Below are positions 29,932 through 42,329 of a stretch of 64,000 bases of DNA, in pieces. How positions within the stretch are numbered: the stretch's first letter is position 1; each line of letters begins with the position of its first letter. The position numbers and the translations under genes are program-made. The notes beneath the pieces were generated by a model that saw only the letters and a program-made list of their open reading frames with translations, did no database searches and was not told the DNA's origin. The DNA comes from Eledone cirrhosa. Its lineage: Eukaryota. The stretch spans positions 7,936,001 through 8,000,000 of the forward strand of contig OZ024751.1 of NCBI GenBank assembly GCA_964016885.1. Reading direction: 5' to 3'.

Positions 29932-31584
29932 CGTAGTTTATGTATAATAACTATCCAAGTGATTCGCTTTGAATATTTGAATCTATAATCAGGTCACAGC
30001 TGTTGTAGCTGTATAAGATATGTTTTCGGCTTCATATTTACACACCCAGTTGCTGTCTTGGATTTCTACCTTGTCACCTCCAGACCTAATCGATAGAATT
30101 ATTAGGACTAAATTTCGTTGCAAATTTACTCCACCATTTCTGGCTGTGTTTGCTTTTGTCAGGGTGATCTTGGGAACAAGGCCTTGCTTCCGCGCACTGA
30201 GTGCTGGATATGCACACTCTAAATGTGGGATATAGTGATGAAACCATGTGGTACGGAGTGAAAATTATAGTGTCCTACATGGCGTCTTTTTTACTTCTAA
30301 CCAACTCAAATTGTGCGCTCTGATATACAGATGTGTATTTAATAAATACAGGTTTGAGCGAATGGAAATACGGCGATCTAAGTCAACGTTAATTTGTCTG
30401 TTTCGATACATTGTATATTTATATACTTCACAGTATGTGTGTGATTAAGGAAGTTCTAACTACCCGAATGCTGCATTGTTGTCACCAGCATCCACACAAT
30501 GTTTCTTTCCATATTTTATCTAAGTGTTGTAGAGACATATTGCAAATGCTAACGGCATCATATTTTGATAATTCAATCATGACACGATCTTACATTCGAA
30601 ACAACTCTTAAAACACAACAAAGCATAGCCGTCAACAATACTAATAATATTTCTATAACCGTACCGATATTAAATTGCTACATTCAATTTACACGTTCAG
30701 ATTGAAGACATCATCTGTTGTAACTCATAGAAAATGAAGAATTGTATCAGTCAATTTATTTATTTGTCTTAAATTTTGTTTTCGATCAAAAGCACATTAC
30801 GCGCAATGTTTAATTTTCGTATTTTGCAAGCCGGTGTATATTTAGTATTCAAAGCAATAGATGAAATAATGGTGATGCACAGATAATGAATTCAAATATT
30901 AATGAGTAATTATTCTGCTGGAATAGTATAAATGTTTTTCTATGTAAATTTTATTTCATAGATTTGAGTGGAAAATAAACTCTGTTTAATTTAAAATACG
31001 TTAATCATTACAACTTTGTGTTGTATATAACAACGGGAAAGTTACGTATACATATAGACTGAATGGTGTGTTAGTTAATAATTCTAAAAATGTAGATATT
31101 CTAAATATATTATGACTATGCCTACTGGAAAGACTAGACACTGCATTGATTATTTTTTCATGATACGTCATACAAAAAGAAATTCTAAAATTTATATGTT
31201 CTCAGCCGCTGAAATTAGCAGAGTAAATTAATATTATTATTTAATTTTTTTTTTTAGTATTTTGTGTCTGCCACATTGATTAAGTATGCTGAGCCAGAAT
31301 CGTATATTATATATTAATAATATACTAATACTCTTGTTAATATGCTTCAATTAGTTTCCTGTTTAAATATCTAGTTCAATGAAGCATAATAGCGAACGCA
31401 ATAAATTTGTTGAAATAATTTCTACTTCCTTTTTTTTTTGAATAAATAAATGATTTAATTATGAAAAAAAGAAAAAAATCTGAGTCGGAAATTATAGCAT
31501 TTGATAACTTTTGTTAGTATTTGCTGATTTTACGATTTCAAAATCATTGCAGATTTCAACGTCTAAATGGCAACGACTATAACG

Positions 31585-32478
31585 ATATATTCACAGCGAC
31601 ACAGTTTAATGCTGACAAATTTCAAGCCCTACAATGCAAACCTGCAAACACAAATACAGTACAACACAGTTACGCTGGACCAGGAGGGAGCGATATCCCC
31701 CTGTCGAAATCGATACGAGACCTGGGTATAGACATAAGCGACGATGCATCTTTTTTCCTCACACATCATGAAAATGGCGAAAATGTGCAGACGACTCGCT
31801 GGCTAGATCTTGAGGACTTTCCGGACAGGAGACCAAGATACCATGTTGACACTATGGAGGACATTTGTCCTAAGCCACCTAGATTTTTGCTCCCAGTTGT
31901 GGTCACCCCATAGTGTCAAATTAACCACGGAGCTTTAGGCAATCCAGTGAAGCTACATCAAGAGGATTGCTACGATGTAGGAGATGAGCTACTGGGAGAG
32001 GCTAAAAGAACTGAACCTCTACTCCTTCGAACGAAGACGGTAGAGATACGCAGTGATCGGCATGTGGAATATCCTGAAGGGACGAGCACCAAAGTATGGC
32101 ACTGGGAGCTGGACCAACCCCCACTGTGTGGTGCCAAAGGTGCCGTCTTCCACATCTAGAATAAGGAGCAGATATTGCAATAGCCTGGGGTTCAAGGCCC
32201 TCAACTATTCAACAAGCTGCCGAGGGATCTGAGAGATCTGTATGTTGTGGATGTGGATGTGGATGTTTTCAAGAAATATCTCGACATCTTGCTTTCCTGT
32301 ATCCCGGATCAACCCACAGAAAAGGCATGATGGAAACCTAAGGGCAGCAGCAAGGAACTCCGTCTTACACCAGTGGCCAACCAATATAGTCTGGAGATAA
32401 AATGTGTAGCAACAAGCGCGGTGCCTCAGCATGGCCTCAACGGGATGGATGGAACAGGTAAAATAGTAAAATACTATA
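31585..32478 (+). mobile_element. CR1-group LINE 3' fragment (degenerate)
   Basis: FNADKFQAL...IRDLGIDISDD, then a shifted frame ILRTFRT...LWRTFVLSHLDFCSQLWSP...SYWERLKELNLYS.ERRR with several stops. Ends in gtaaaata repeats before (TA)n. Confidence 0.85.
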
Positions 32479-32538
32479 TATATATATTATATAGTGACGA
32501 AACATAAGTCAATTGCATGAACTCATAATCCTTTATTT

Positions 32539-32594
32539 ACTGCTATATATAGTTCGATGATAGCTATTGAATGGCTATGACCTCATCAGGCAGT
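32539..32594 (-). ncRNA. Hammerhead ribozyme motif with one core substitution
   Basis: actgc-CTGATGA-ggtcatagc/gctatcatc-GAAc-tatata-TA-gcagt. Perfect 5-bp stem I; AATAAA downstream. Confidence 0.7.
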
Positions 32595-32682
32595 TAGTCT
32601 GTTCTTAGATATGCCAGCTCTGTGTTTATAGTGTTGATGGTATCAGAGCCTTGGGACATATCTTTATATAGGCAACATTATT

Positions 32683-32957
32683 AATGAAAGAGCTACAAGC
32701 CGTTAAAACATATCTTTATAAAGCTCTTACACATGTTTTGCACAATGGGGCTCGTCTCAGGCACATTGAGACAAAGGCAAATGAAAGAGTTACAAGCCTT
32801 TAAAACATATCTTTATAAAGCTCTTGCACATGTTTTGCACAATGGGGCTCGTCTGAGGCACATTGAGACAAAGGCAAATAAAAGAGTTACAAGCCATTAA
32901 AACATATCTTTATAAAGCTCTTACACATGTTTTGCATAATGGGCCTCGTCTGAGGCA
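32683..32957. repeat. 97-bp tandem repeat, ~2.8 copies
   Basis: Units start at 32683, 32780 and 32877 and are nearly identical. Confidence 0.93.
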
Positions 32958-33539
32958 GATACTAAGGCACACTTTTAATTAAATACCCTATACGAGTAGA
33001 ATCATTCTTTAACATCAGAATGCATATTACATATACGTTGTTAAGTATAGAAAAATGGTTGAGAGTTGTTAGAATGCTAAGGGTGGTATTTACCGGTGGT
33101 GGTGTTATGTTACTTGTCAAACTAATGACCGCTACCGGCATAGTAAGACATTTTATTTATTATTTATAGGGAATTAACGTAAGTAGGGTTAGTCGACTCA
33201 ATGTAATGAGGCGGTGTTAAGGTGTGTGTATGAGTATGAATTATTAGTAAAGTCATTATAGACTATACACAGGTTTAACTAGTGCAAAGTAGTGCCAATT
33301 ATTCGGTGTGAATCTGAAGGCCTAGAAAAGTAAAGTCAATTTAGATGGAATTTGTATAATTAAATGATCAGTTGTCTAAGAAGTTTCTTGGGTATATATA
33401 TAGTGTAATGGTTTGTAACTTTACGCTACAATTCATTCAGCAACTTGATCGATCGATGCATAGGTGGTCCCGTTTTAGTATAGTATGTGGTGTTGTTTAT
33501 TTGGTGTACTATAGTCGGTTTCCTTTAATAGCAGTGTTA

Positions 33540-33918
33540 ATAATAATTGGGTCTACTTTTGGCACAAGGCCAGCAATTATTCCAGTGTATTACTGGTACT
33601 TTATTTTATCGACCCCATAAGGATGAAAGGCAAAGTTAACCTCGGCGGGATTTGTACTCATACCATAAAGGGCCGTAACTATTTGCTGCAAACCATGGCG
33701 CCGGACCCTCTATCGATATTAATAATACTTGTTTCTACTTTTGGCACAAGGCCAGCAATTACTCCAGTATATTACTGGTACTTTATTTTATCGACCCCCT
33801 AAGTATAAAAGGCAACATTAACCTCGGCGGGATTGGAACTCAGATGATAAAGGGACGTAACTATATGCTACAAAGCATGGCGTCCGACGTTTTAGTGATA
33901 CTGCTAATTGACAGCCCA
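33540..33918 (-). mobile_element. Two tandem tRNA-derived SINE copies
   Basis: tttggcacaaggccagcaatt...actggtactttattttatcgacccc...aacctcggcggga occurs twice. Confidence 0.88.
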
Positions 33919-34521
33919 ATATTAATAATAATAACGATGTGTTATATAGGAACGATGTGTTAACTTACTATAATTTAGTTTATTCCTGTGTAATGTGCGT
34001 TTCGTGATTGATCAGTTGAAGGTACGATCCTTATCAATCGGCTCCGCCTCTGATTTCATTAGCTCATCAGCCTTCTGCTTTTTATTATGGCAGGAGATAT
34101 AAGGAGCCATGAGTCTTGTAAGTTCAAAATACGGATTGTACTTTGAGCTGGTCAATCGCCAAATGCGCTTGATACCAGAATAAACGTAATTATGATACTG
34201 TTCACTGCTATCGGAGCGGAATTGGATCCCGACAGGAGCAAGTGGCTGTTCCACCGTTCACCGTATTTGGGGTAATGTTTTTTCTATCATGTCAGCCGGG
34301 AACACCAATCGTACAACATATTACGCAAAAGGGTTAGTTATGCTGACACACAGACACACACACACACAGTCACACACGTGAACCCACACGCAAATCCACA
34401 CACACAAACGCACACGCTCAAACGAAAACACACACAACAGCAATTAAATGTCAAATAACTTACTTATTAAACATATAAACACACACGTATATAGCGACTA
34501 ATTAGTATTTAAAAGAAAACA

Positions 34522-34675
34522 CCATTGGATTGGTGCTATCGGTAGAGGGTCGGACGCTATACTTTACAGAATACAGTTATGGCCCTTTACGTTCCTTACA
34601 GGGTCGATAATATATAGCACCAGTAATGCACTGCGGTAATTGCTGGCCTAGTTCCAAAAAGGAGAAACACTTATT
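34522..34675 (+). mobile_element. SINE copy with internal deletion
   Basis: Head ggattggtgctatcgg, B-box region missing, core gggtcgataa and tail tgctggcc present. Confidence 0.7.
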
Positions 34676-34955
34676 AAAGTAAACCATCAAACCATTGTAA
34701 TGAACTTACTGAGAAACACCCGACCTACCTTAAAACGTCAGCCAGTAATGGACTATAAGTGCCATCAGGTGAAACATGTATGTTGAAACTTCGTAGTCTC
34801 TGCCAATTTTTTCTACCAAAACGTTATTACCTATATTCAGTTCACATTCACATAATATTTATGTTTCAAATGCAAGAGTATTTTAAGCAACCACACTTAT
34901 ATACATTCGTACATACCCACATAGGTGCATACTTATACTCACACACCCACACACC

Positions 34956-35020
<65 letters not shown>

Positions 35021-35135
35021 CAAGCAATATTAAACATTATATGATCTACTATGTATTGAGTACCTTACTTACTGTGGTTACCCCAATTGAACTCGGGATA
35101 CACACAGATACATACCCCCCCCCCATATATATATA

Positions 35136-35473
35136 CTAGCTGAGGTACCCAGCATCGCCCGGGGAAACAGATGATAAGAGTAGACAGGTAAAAGAGAAAA
35201 TGACTGTATTGGGTGTTTGTCTGGTTACAGTATGAGGCGAGTCCGTGGTGATACAAACACAGTAAAAAAGATCTTCCCGATATACCAGATTCTTCGTTGT
35301 ACCGTTTGTGCATAGTAATTGAAGAATTCTAGGTGCTCCCACCTAGAATAGGGACCTCTAAGAGATGATTCATCTTCTGCCTGACTGTAAAACGTGTACC
35401 ATTGTATAGACGTTGTTGCTCCACATTTCTCAAAAGGATGATGGAAATTCCAATCTTTTATATTATATGTAGA
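35136..35473 (-). mobile_element. Non-autonomous Helitron
   Basis: Minus strand starts A|TCtacatataatataaaa and ends with the hairpin cccgggcgatgctggg...CTAG|T. Confidence 0.75.
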
Positions 35474-36377
35474 TATAGATATAGATAATTAATATAAAAG
35501 ATATCCGTCAATGTAAAAAAAGGTCCCTATTTACTCCCTTCACAACTGTGTGTGTTAGACTAACAGACAGGCACACAGGCAGATTAACTACGTGGTGATT
35601 GTGGGATGCTGCACGTACACACACATACACGCATGGAAAGGCGCACACGCACACATTTACGCATGTTGATAGTTTTTACTTTCTGTGGAACGCTGCACGC
35701 ACGCACACACACATAAACATACGCGCACGTACATACACATGCACACATGTTAATAGTTATTTCTTTCCTTCCCCTCTTATTTGCACACGCACACACATAT
35801 CTCTACACTGACACAGATACATAGTGTATCCAAACACAGCGTTCACTTTGCCTCTATCTCCTCTCACTCCAGTACTGGCACTATGCATATTAAGTTAAGT
35901 TTGGCGTCGTTGAGGTGTGCGGAGTCTTTTGAAACCTATCAACCAATGATAATCGGAATACTGACATTGTTGAAATTAATATATAGATATATATACATAC
36001 AGATACACATATACATAAATAACAAAGCAAACAACAGTGTACAGTAAATAAATGTATTCGTGTAACGCTTTGTATAGTAGAAATAGTGTCCCAATGTTTC
36101 GGACACAAGTCCTTCATCTGAAGATACACTGAGAAATAAAAGATAAATTAGAAAGGTAGTTGACACTTCAATTCACATTACTCCATTTCAGTCAATTTTA
36201 GAAATTAATTACCACATTACTGGTGTATCGCCATTTGCCATTTCTCTTTGAAAATATCGGAGGTGTAGAGTGTGGAGACTGGTAACCACAAGAGACAACA
36301 GGGCTTCAATTTCTGACGGGACATTTCGATATGGAACATCCATGATCATTCATGTTCGAAGTGATATATATATATAT

Positions 36378-36558
36378 AACGAAGAAAATGTGGTAAGGAA
36401 CCAGGTGGACCATAACGCACCAAAGTACTCAATACTTAGGGTAGTAGAGTGGGTAATAAGAACGAGTAAGACCCCGGCGGCTGAGGTCAAGCCGTTGCGA
36501 CGGCTAATTAGCCGTCGAAACGGCTTGAGCTCAGCCTCGGGGTCTTACTCGTTCCTAT
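36378..36558. mobile_element. Family D hairpin repeat
   Basis: gaacgagtaagacccc...gacggcta-at-tagccgtc...ggggtcttactcgttc fold-back. The tail is the reverse complement of 6215-6295. Confidence 0.8.
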
Positions 36559-37169
36559 AATTATATATATGTGTGTGGGGGGGGGGGGTGTATGTGTATG
36601 TGTGGGGGTGTGTGCGCGCGTGTGTGTGCATGAGTGTGTGAGTGTGTGTGCCTGTGTGTGTGCATGTGTGCTTGTGTGGATTTACACATATTCTATCAAT
36701 AACATTCACACAAACACCCATTAGCACGAGTCATCGAGGAGATGAATATATGACCTTCCTATCCTGAAATATTACTTTGCTATTCAGGAAATCGACTCAA
36801 TGTAAATACATATCGCCTGGATAGAGTTTGATATTTTTCTATAATAACAGTTTTGTCCTGGTGCTAAGGCTCAACAAAAAGCATGACAACTCAATTGTAT
36901 TCTGATGACTATTTTCCAGTGCATCTTCTGGGTATTATACAACACCTGCTCGCAAACTGTAATTATGAAAGTATTGTCATAATACAATTGCAAGTACCGA
37001 AGCATAAGTTTCCCATAGTTAAGAAATTCACTGGAAATAAGTACATTTCAGGCATGTCGACAAATACTACATCTTATCATGACTGGCAAAACTAATTAAA
37101 TACAACCCCACATAAACACATACACGCATCCATACACGTGTTTGTGTGTGTGTGAAGCAGCAAGTTTAG

Positions 37170-37475
37170 AGATTAAAGATTTGGAATCACAATCGTGGGA
37201 GTGCGTTCGATTATCTAACTGGCTGATGCGTTGTGGCTTGGCGAAAGACACTTCATTTCACGTTCCTTGAGTTTATGCATTTGTAAGTTGAAGAAATGAG
37301 TGCCGACATCACTGGCGCCACCTTATATCGTCCTTTGCTTTCCTTTTGGATACAATCTGTGGCGTGTAATAGGGAGACGGTTATGCATGTGCGACTGCTG
37401 GTCTTCCACAGAAACAACATATCCGTTGTTATACCCCAAAGGGAATTTTTCGTTGTGCAATTGCCATAGTCATAT
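37170..37475 (+). mobile_element. Degenerate SINE (second type)
   Basis: B-box-like gttcgatt and core ttggcgaaagacacttcatttcacgtt, similar to the minus-strand SINE at 56035-56360. Confidence 0.6.
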
Positions 37476-37536
37476 ATACTGTAGTAAAGGTTTAGTAGAA
37501 ATATCGAAGAGCACTCAGTGCATGGAACGAATTAAG

Positions 37537-37698
37537 TATAATTAGTTATAACAGTGACATATACAGGTACTTACATTTCGTTGAGTTATACACCCCAACT
37601 CATTCAGATCTTTCATTTTATAACAGGCAGAATGAGTTCGGGTGTATAACCCAACGAAATTTAAGTAGCTGTATAAGTCACTGTTGTAACTAATTATA
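37537..37698. mobile_element. Short fold-back element (family G)
   Basis: Arms at 37537-37605 and 37630-37698. Related fold-back at ~50729-50850. HHR-like (C)TGAATGA-gttggg/cccaac-GAAA. Confidence 0.75.
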
Positions 37699-39933
37699 TA
37701 TATATTTATATATATATATATTATATATTCATTATATTAAAGCTAAATAGTTAGCCTTGTTAATCTGGAGTTTCGCCTGTTTATCACAGTCTGATATAAA
37801 ACACTGGTCTGAATCTAATGTGTTATGCTGTAACTTAAACCACTTCTTTTCCAAACATACGCCATGCCAACACATATGTATCTACAGTTATTTCAACACA
37901 TTCTCATGTTTTGCTTTCGTTTGTCTAGAAAATGTAATCAAATCGAGATCTCCAACCAATATTTAATAAAATAAAACCCTTAACATATTTGTCTTTTATG
38001 TATGTGTTTAATGATTGAGCTAATCCTACATATTGCATGGTTAGATACAATCCTTACTTGTGTGCTTTTGTATCAGTTCCATGAGGATAAGATATACACC
38101 AGTCTAGTGAGATGATGCAATAAACGATGAGTTTAGAATATTAGGGGAATATAGGAGATGTATTAGATCAATGTTTCTATAATAGTAAATTATATGTATC
38201 TAATGGGAGTAAGGCACATTAGCATATCAATGTAGTTTAATGGTGATATATCAATATGTTCTATTACCATCATAATAAAGCAGAAGGCATTCGATATTTA
38301 GCCCAGAGAAACCTTCAGTCTCGATTATTGTGTAATTTAACTTAACCTAATTGCTGATGAAATTATTTAATGCTCCGATCCCTGAATCTCCTCATGGGAA
38401 AGAGTACATATTAATAGTAATATAGCCGATAGTATAATAAAACTTAATGTTTCGCTATTATTCAATAATCGTTATTTTTTGTTACTATTAAAGAACGATG
38501 GTTGTATCTAAATGTCATTAATATAAACTATATTGACGTTAATGACATAAAACAAATGCCATACTCTCAAAGTTTAGTACATTTTACAATATTCCGTATC
38601 AAATACAACAGTATTATTGTTCTTATAATGATGTGCACAGAATTTATATTTCCTTGGCGGCTGTTGTCTCTTGAAATTGTAACACAAAGAAGAAATAAAA
38701 AAAACAATTGTCAGTAATTCACATACTACTTAACAGAATTTCAGTATTATGTTGTGCTTAATTGCTCCTAAATAAACAAATAAAAATATCAATACTGATC
38801 GATAATAAAGAGTTTTTATGCTATATTCTAAAAGAATCAATTAAAACAAATATATTCATTTATCAAAGCTAAATAACAAAACGTCAATGATTATTTGGGT
38901 GGCTGTTTTAATGTTGGAAAAACAAATGGAATGAAATCTTGTGGCATGATTGTTTCGTGATTGTTTACAATTTCACAAAATCAAAACACAAATAAATGAA
39001 TTTAAAGTAGATGCAGAACCAGTTTGTCTAATTTACAATTTAATCTTATAATTGTTGAAAAACCAGTTTAATTTTATGTTATTTAGTTAATGTATTTTTC
39101 TTACGTTTTTGTTTTTAATTATACTCATAGCTGATTTAGGTTTCCAGAATAACATGTCTTGCTAATATATTTAAGCTCATTTGAAGAAATCAATCTAAAT
39201 TATTTCTTGTATTTTTTGGTTGATGGGGGAAATATTTGTTGTTTTCAATTACAATGCTTAATGAACTTGAATTACTAAAACATAAAATGTGATTTTCCTG
39301 TTGTAATTTCTTTAATAAAACATTAATCCTTGAAAAATTTCCAGTCACTTTTTCTCTTTTAAATTCCAAGGCGAGAGATGCTTCGGGCTATGTTAATATT
39401 CAATCGATTCCTAATCTGTTTCTTTACTATTCATATTTAAGACTGCTGCACCATTATTATGTCGAAATGCATTTGCATGTAAATTATAGATTGCTTCACT
39501 GTACAGAGAGGCAGTAATGTTAATAATTGAAATTTCCTTCTGAAATATTTTGTCCAAAGTCGGCTCAATCTGGATAGTGCAGAGAATAAAGCAACGATAT
39601 TTTCACTGCTTGTCGTTTTGTCCAACTGGTGTCTGTTCAAAGTGCATATAAGCAAACAATGCTTATAGAAGTTTATCAGTAAACATATTATAACTGCAAT
39701 ATGTCTACATACATATCATAACTGATAGCGATAATTTTTAATGATAATTGACTAATGGATGAAATACGATTATCTGTAAATTTGCTTCATATAGTAGGAT
39801 ATGATTCATGAAATATGTCTCTCCAACTCTCTCTCTCTCACTCTTTCTCTCTCTCTCTATCTATCTATATGTATATATATATATATATATGTACATATAT
39901 ATATACACAAATATAACACACAAGTTATTATAT

Positions 39934-40298
39934 GTAAACGGAATAGAAAATGCTGACAAATTGTTCACAGTGAAAAATAGTTTAATTAGGAATAAATGAG
40001 AATTAGTAATTGTATTGGTTAGTATTCAGTTTTGGTTTTAAGTTTTACCGGTTGCGCATTTCTAAGTGCATTTTCAAAAATAATTTTGAGATAGAGCGTC
40101 CGTGATGTTTGCTCTGATCTGCAAACATCACGGACGCTCTATCTCAAAATTATTTTTGAAAAAGCATTTAGAAATGCGCAACCGGTAGAACTTAAAACCA
40201 AAACTGAATACTAACCAATACAATTACTAATTCTCATTTATTCCTAATTAAACTATTTTTCACTGTGAACAATTTGTCAGCATTTTCTATTCTGTTTA

Positions 40299-40299
<1 letters not shown>
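39934..40299. repeat. Near-perfect palindrome, ~179-bp arms, 8-bp loop
   Basis: Arms at 39934-40112 and 40121-40299 with only a few mismatches; loop tctgatct. Confidence 0.95.
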
Positions 40300-40367
<68 letters not shown>

Positions 40368-40369
<2 letters not shown>

Positions 40370-40782
40370 TTCGTTTCTTAATTTGTTTAGCAAGATTCTT
40401 TATCTGAAATCGTGTGTTGAAACCGATATTGTTATACTTTGGGAGGGTCATGTTGCCAATAAGAAACACACGCACCAGTTGCTTTCACTTCAATTTATTA
40501 TATATTTATAAATCTATAAATTTCTGGTTGGTTGGTTCCACAACCAGATAGTTGTTTATATATAAACAATATATAAACAATATATAAACAATATATAAAC
40601 AATATATAAACAATATATAAACAATATATAAACAAATATCTGGTTGTGGAACCAACCAACCAACCAGAAATTTATAGATTTATAAATTTATAAATTTATA
40701 AATATATAATAAATTGAAGTGAAAGCACCTGGTGCGTGTGTTTCTTATTGGCAACATGACCCTCCCAAAGTATAACAATATA
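40368..40782. mobile_element. Family C fold-back with central 11-bp tandem array
   Basis: Arms at ~40426-40550 and ~40637-40780. (tatataaacaa) x ~7 at 40558-40635. Very similar to the ends of 5266-5820. Confidence 0.85.
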
Positions 40783-41498
40783 TTTATATATATATATATA
40801 TATATATAAGAAAATGTTTAACCCCGACAGCAGAGGTTAAGCCGTCTCGACGGCTATTTCTGGACTAAATTAGAATTGTTAGCAAGGTGTAATTCCTTAT
40901 ACGGGAAGGTTGTAGTTGTCAAAAGTAGTGGGCAAAATTCTTGTAAACACAATTAAATTTTCATGGCAGTGGGTAGGATGTGTGGTGGCTGAACTTGCCT
41001 GTAGAACAATGAGGGAGTGGGTAGAGCCGGTCAAGCGTTGAAAATGAATTCTATACAACAAATTCTAAGGAGTGTGTATGAAATTAGGCTAATTGGGAAG
41101 CAGGCGAAAACAGAATTCTGGAGGAAATTGAGAGTGGAACGTTAGAGAAATAAAATGTTAATAACATGAGATTAAAAGATAATAAATAAAATAAAAATAA
41201 ATAAAATATAAATAATAAAATTAAATATTAAAAATAGTTAAAAAATCCCTAGAACCTAAAGCAGCTATTATATTTAAGTTGGTATTGCGTTTTCGGCCAA
41301 CGCTATATATAATTTACTGGGGTGGGGGTACTGAGGCTACAAAAGCCCGATGGGCTGCCTCGGGGAGGCGAAAGAGTAAAAAGCAAAAGAAGAGGAGAGT
41401 GGGTGGAAGGAAGTGATAGGAAGAGATAAAGGGAAGACGAAAAGAAAAAGAAAAAGAAAAGTGGTACATCTACCTATATGTATATATGTATGTATGTA

Positions 41499-41536
<38 letters not shown>

Positions 41537-41856
41537 AACGAAAAATCAGTGATGCATCTGAACACAATTTATTGTGTGTTACAATTGTTTCGCCAGCGGA
41601 CAACTCGAGACACGATCATTGTTTGGATCTGTCTGATTCTGGATCTGCAGGTTCGACCGACACGTCTAATGATTTCGGAGCAAATTCTCTCAATGGGGTT
41701 TTAGCGTCAAAAACATCCTCTTTGCGTGTCCTGCTATTGGCTGCCGTTTTTCTACATCATCGTAATTCTGACCAACAGGTGTTATTTGACTGACCATCAG
41801 CTGTCGTTTCTGCCACACTTCGATGAATTACTACTGGGTTTGGTAGTTCACACGTC

Positions 41857-41888
<32 letters not shown>

Positions 41889-42008
41889 TATACACACACA
41901 CGCAACACACGCACACACACACACACACAAACACACACACGCACACACACTGGCTCATATACACTCTTACAAATATTCGTATATTCACATACAGGCTCAC
42001 GCAGGCAT

Positions 42009-42057
<49 letters not shown>

Positions 42058-42329
42058 AATAGGATATATGCACAAAGTCATATAAATATATACAATGTGT
42101 CATACAATGGGTCATACATGAAATGATGCATCTTGTTATAAGCATGCATATATATAAACAATATAACCATATACATACTGATATACACATACATATATAT
42201 ACATATATATATACATCAATATCTACACATACGTATATACACATGTATAAAAATTAAAAGAAGAAGGAGGAACGTGTATGCGTATGAGATAGTACACAGG
42301 AGAAGCATGAGATATACAGAACATATAAT

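Noticed and set aside
39437-39655. 72-aa ORF as a host exon
   Set aside because: No recognisable motif or convincing splice-site pair.
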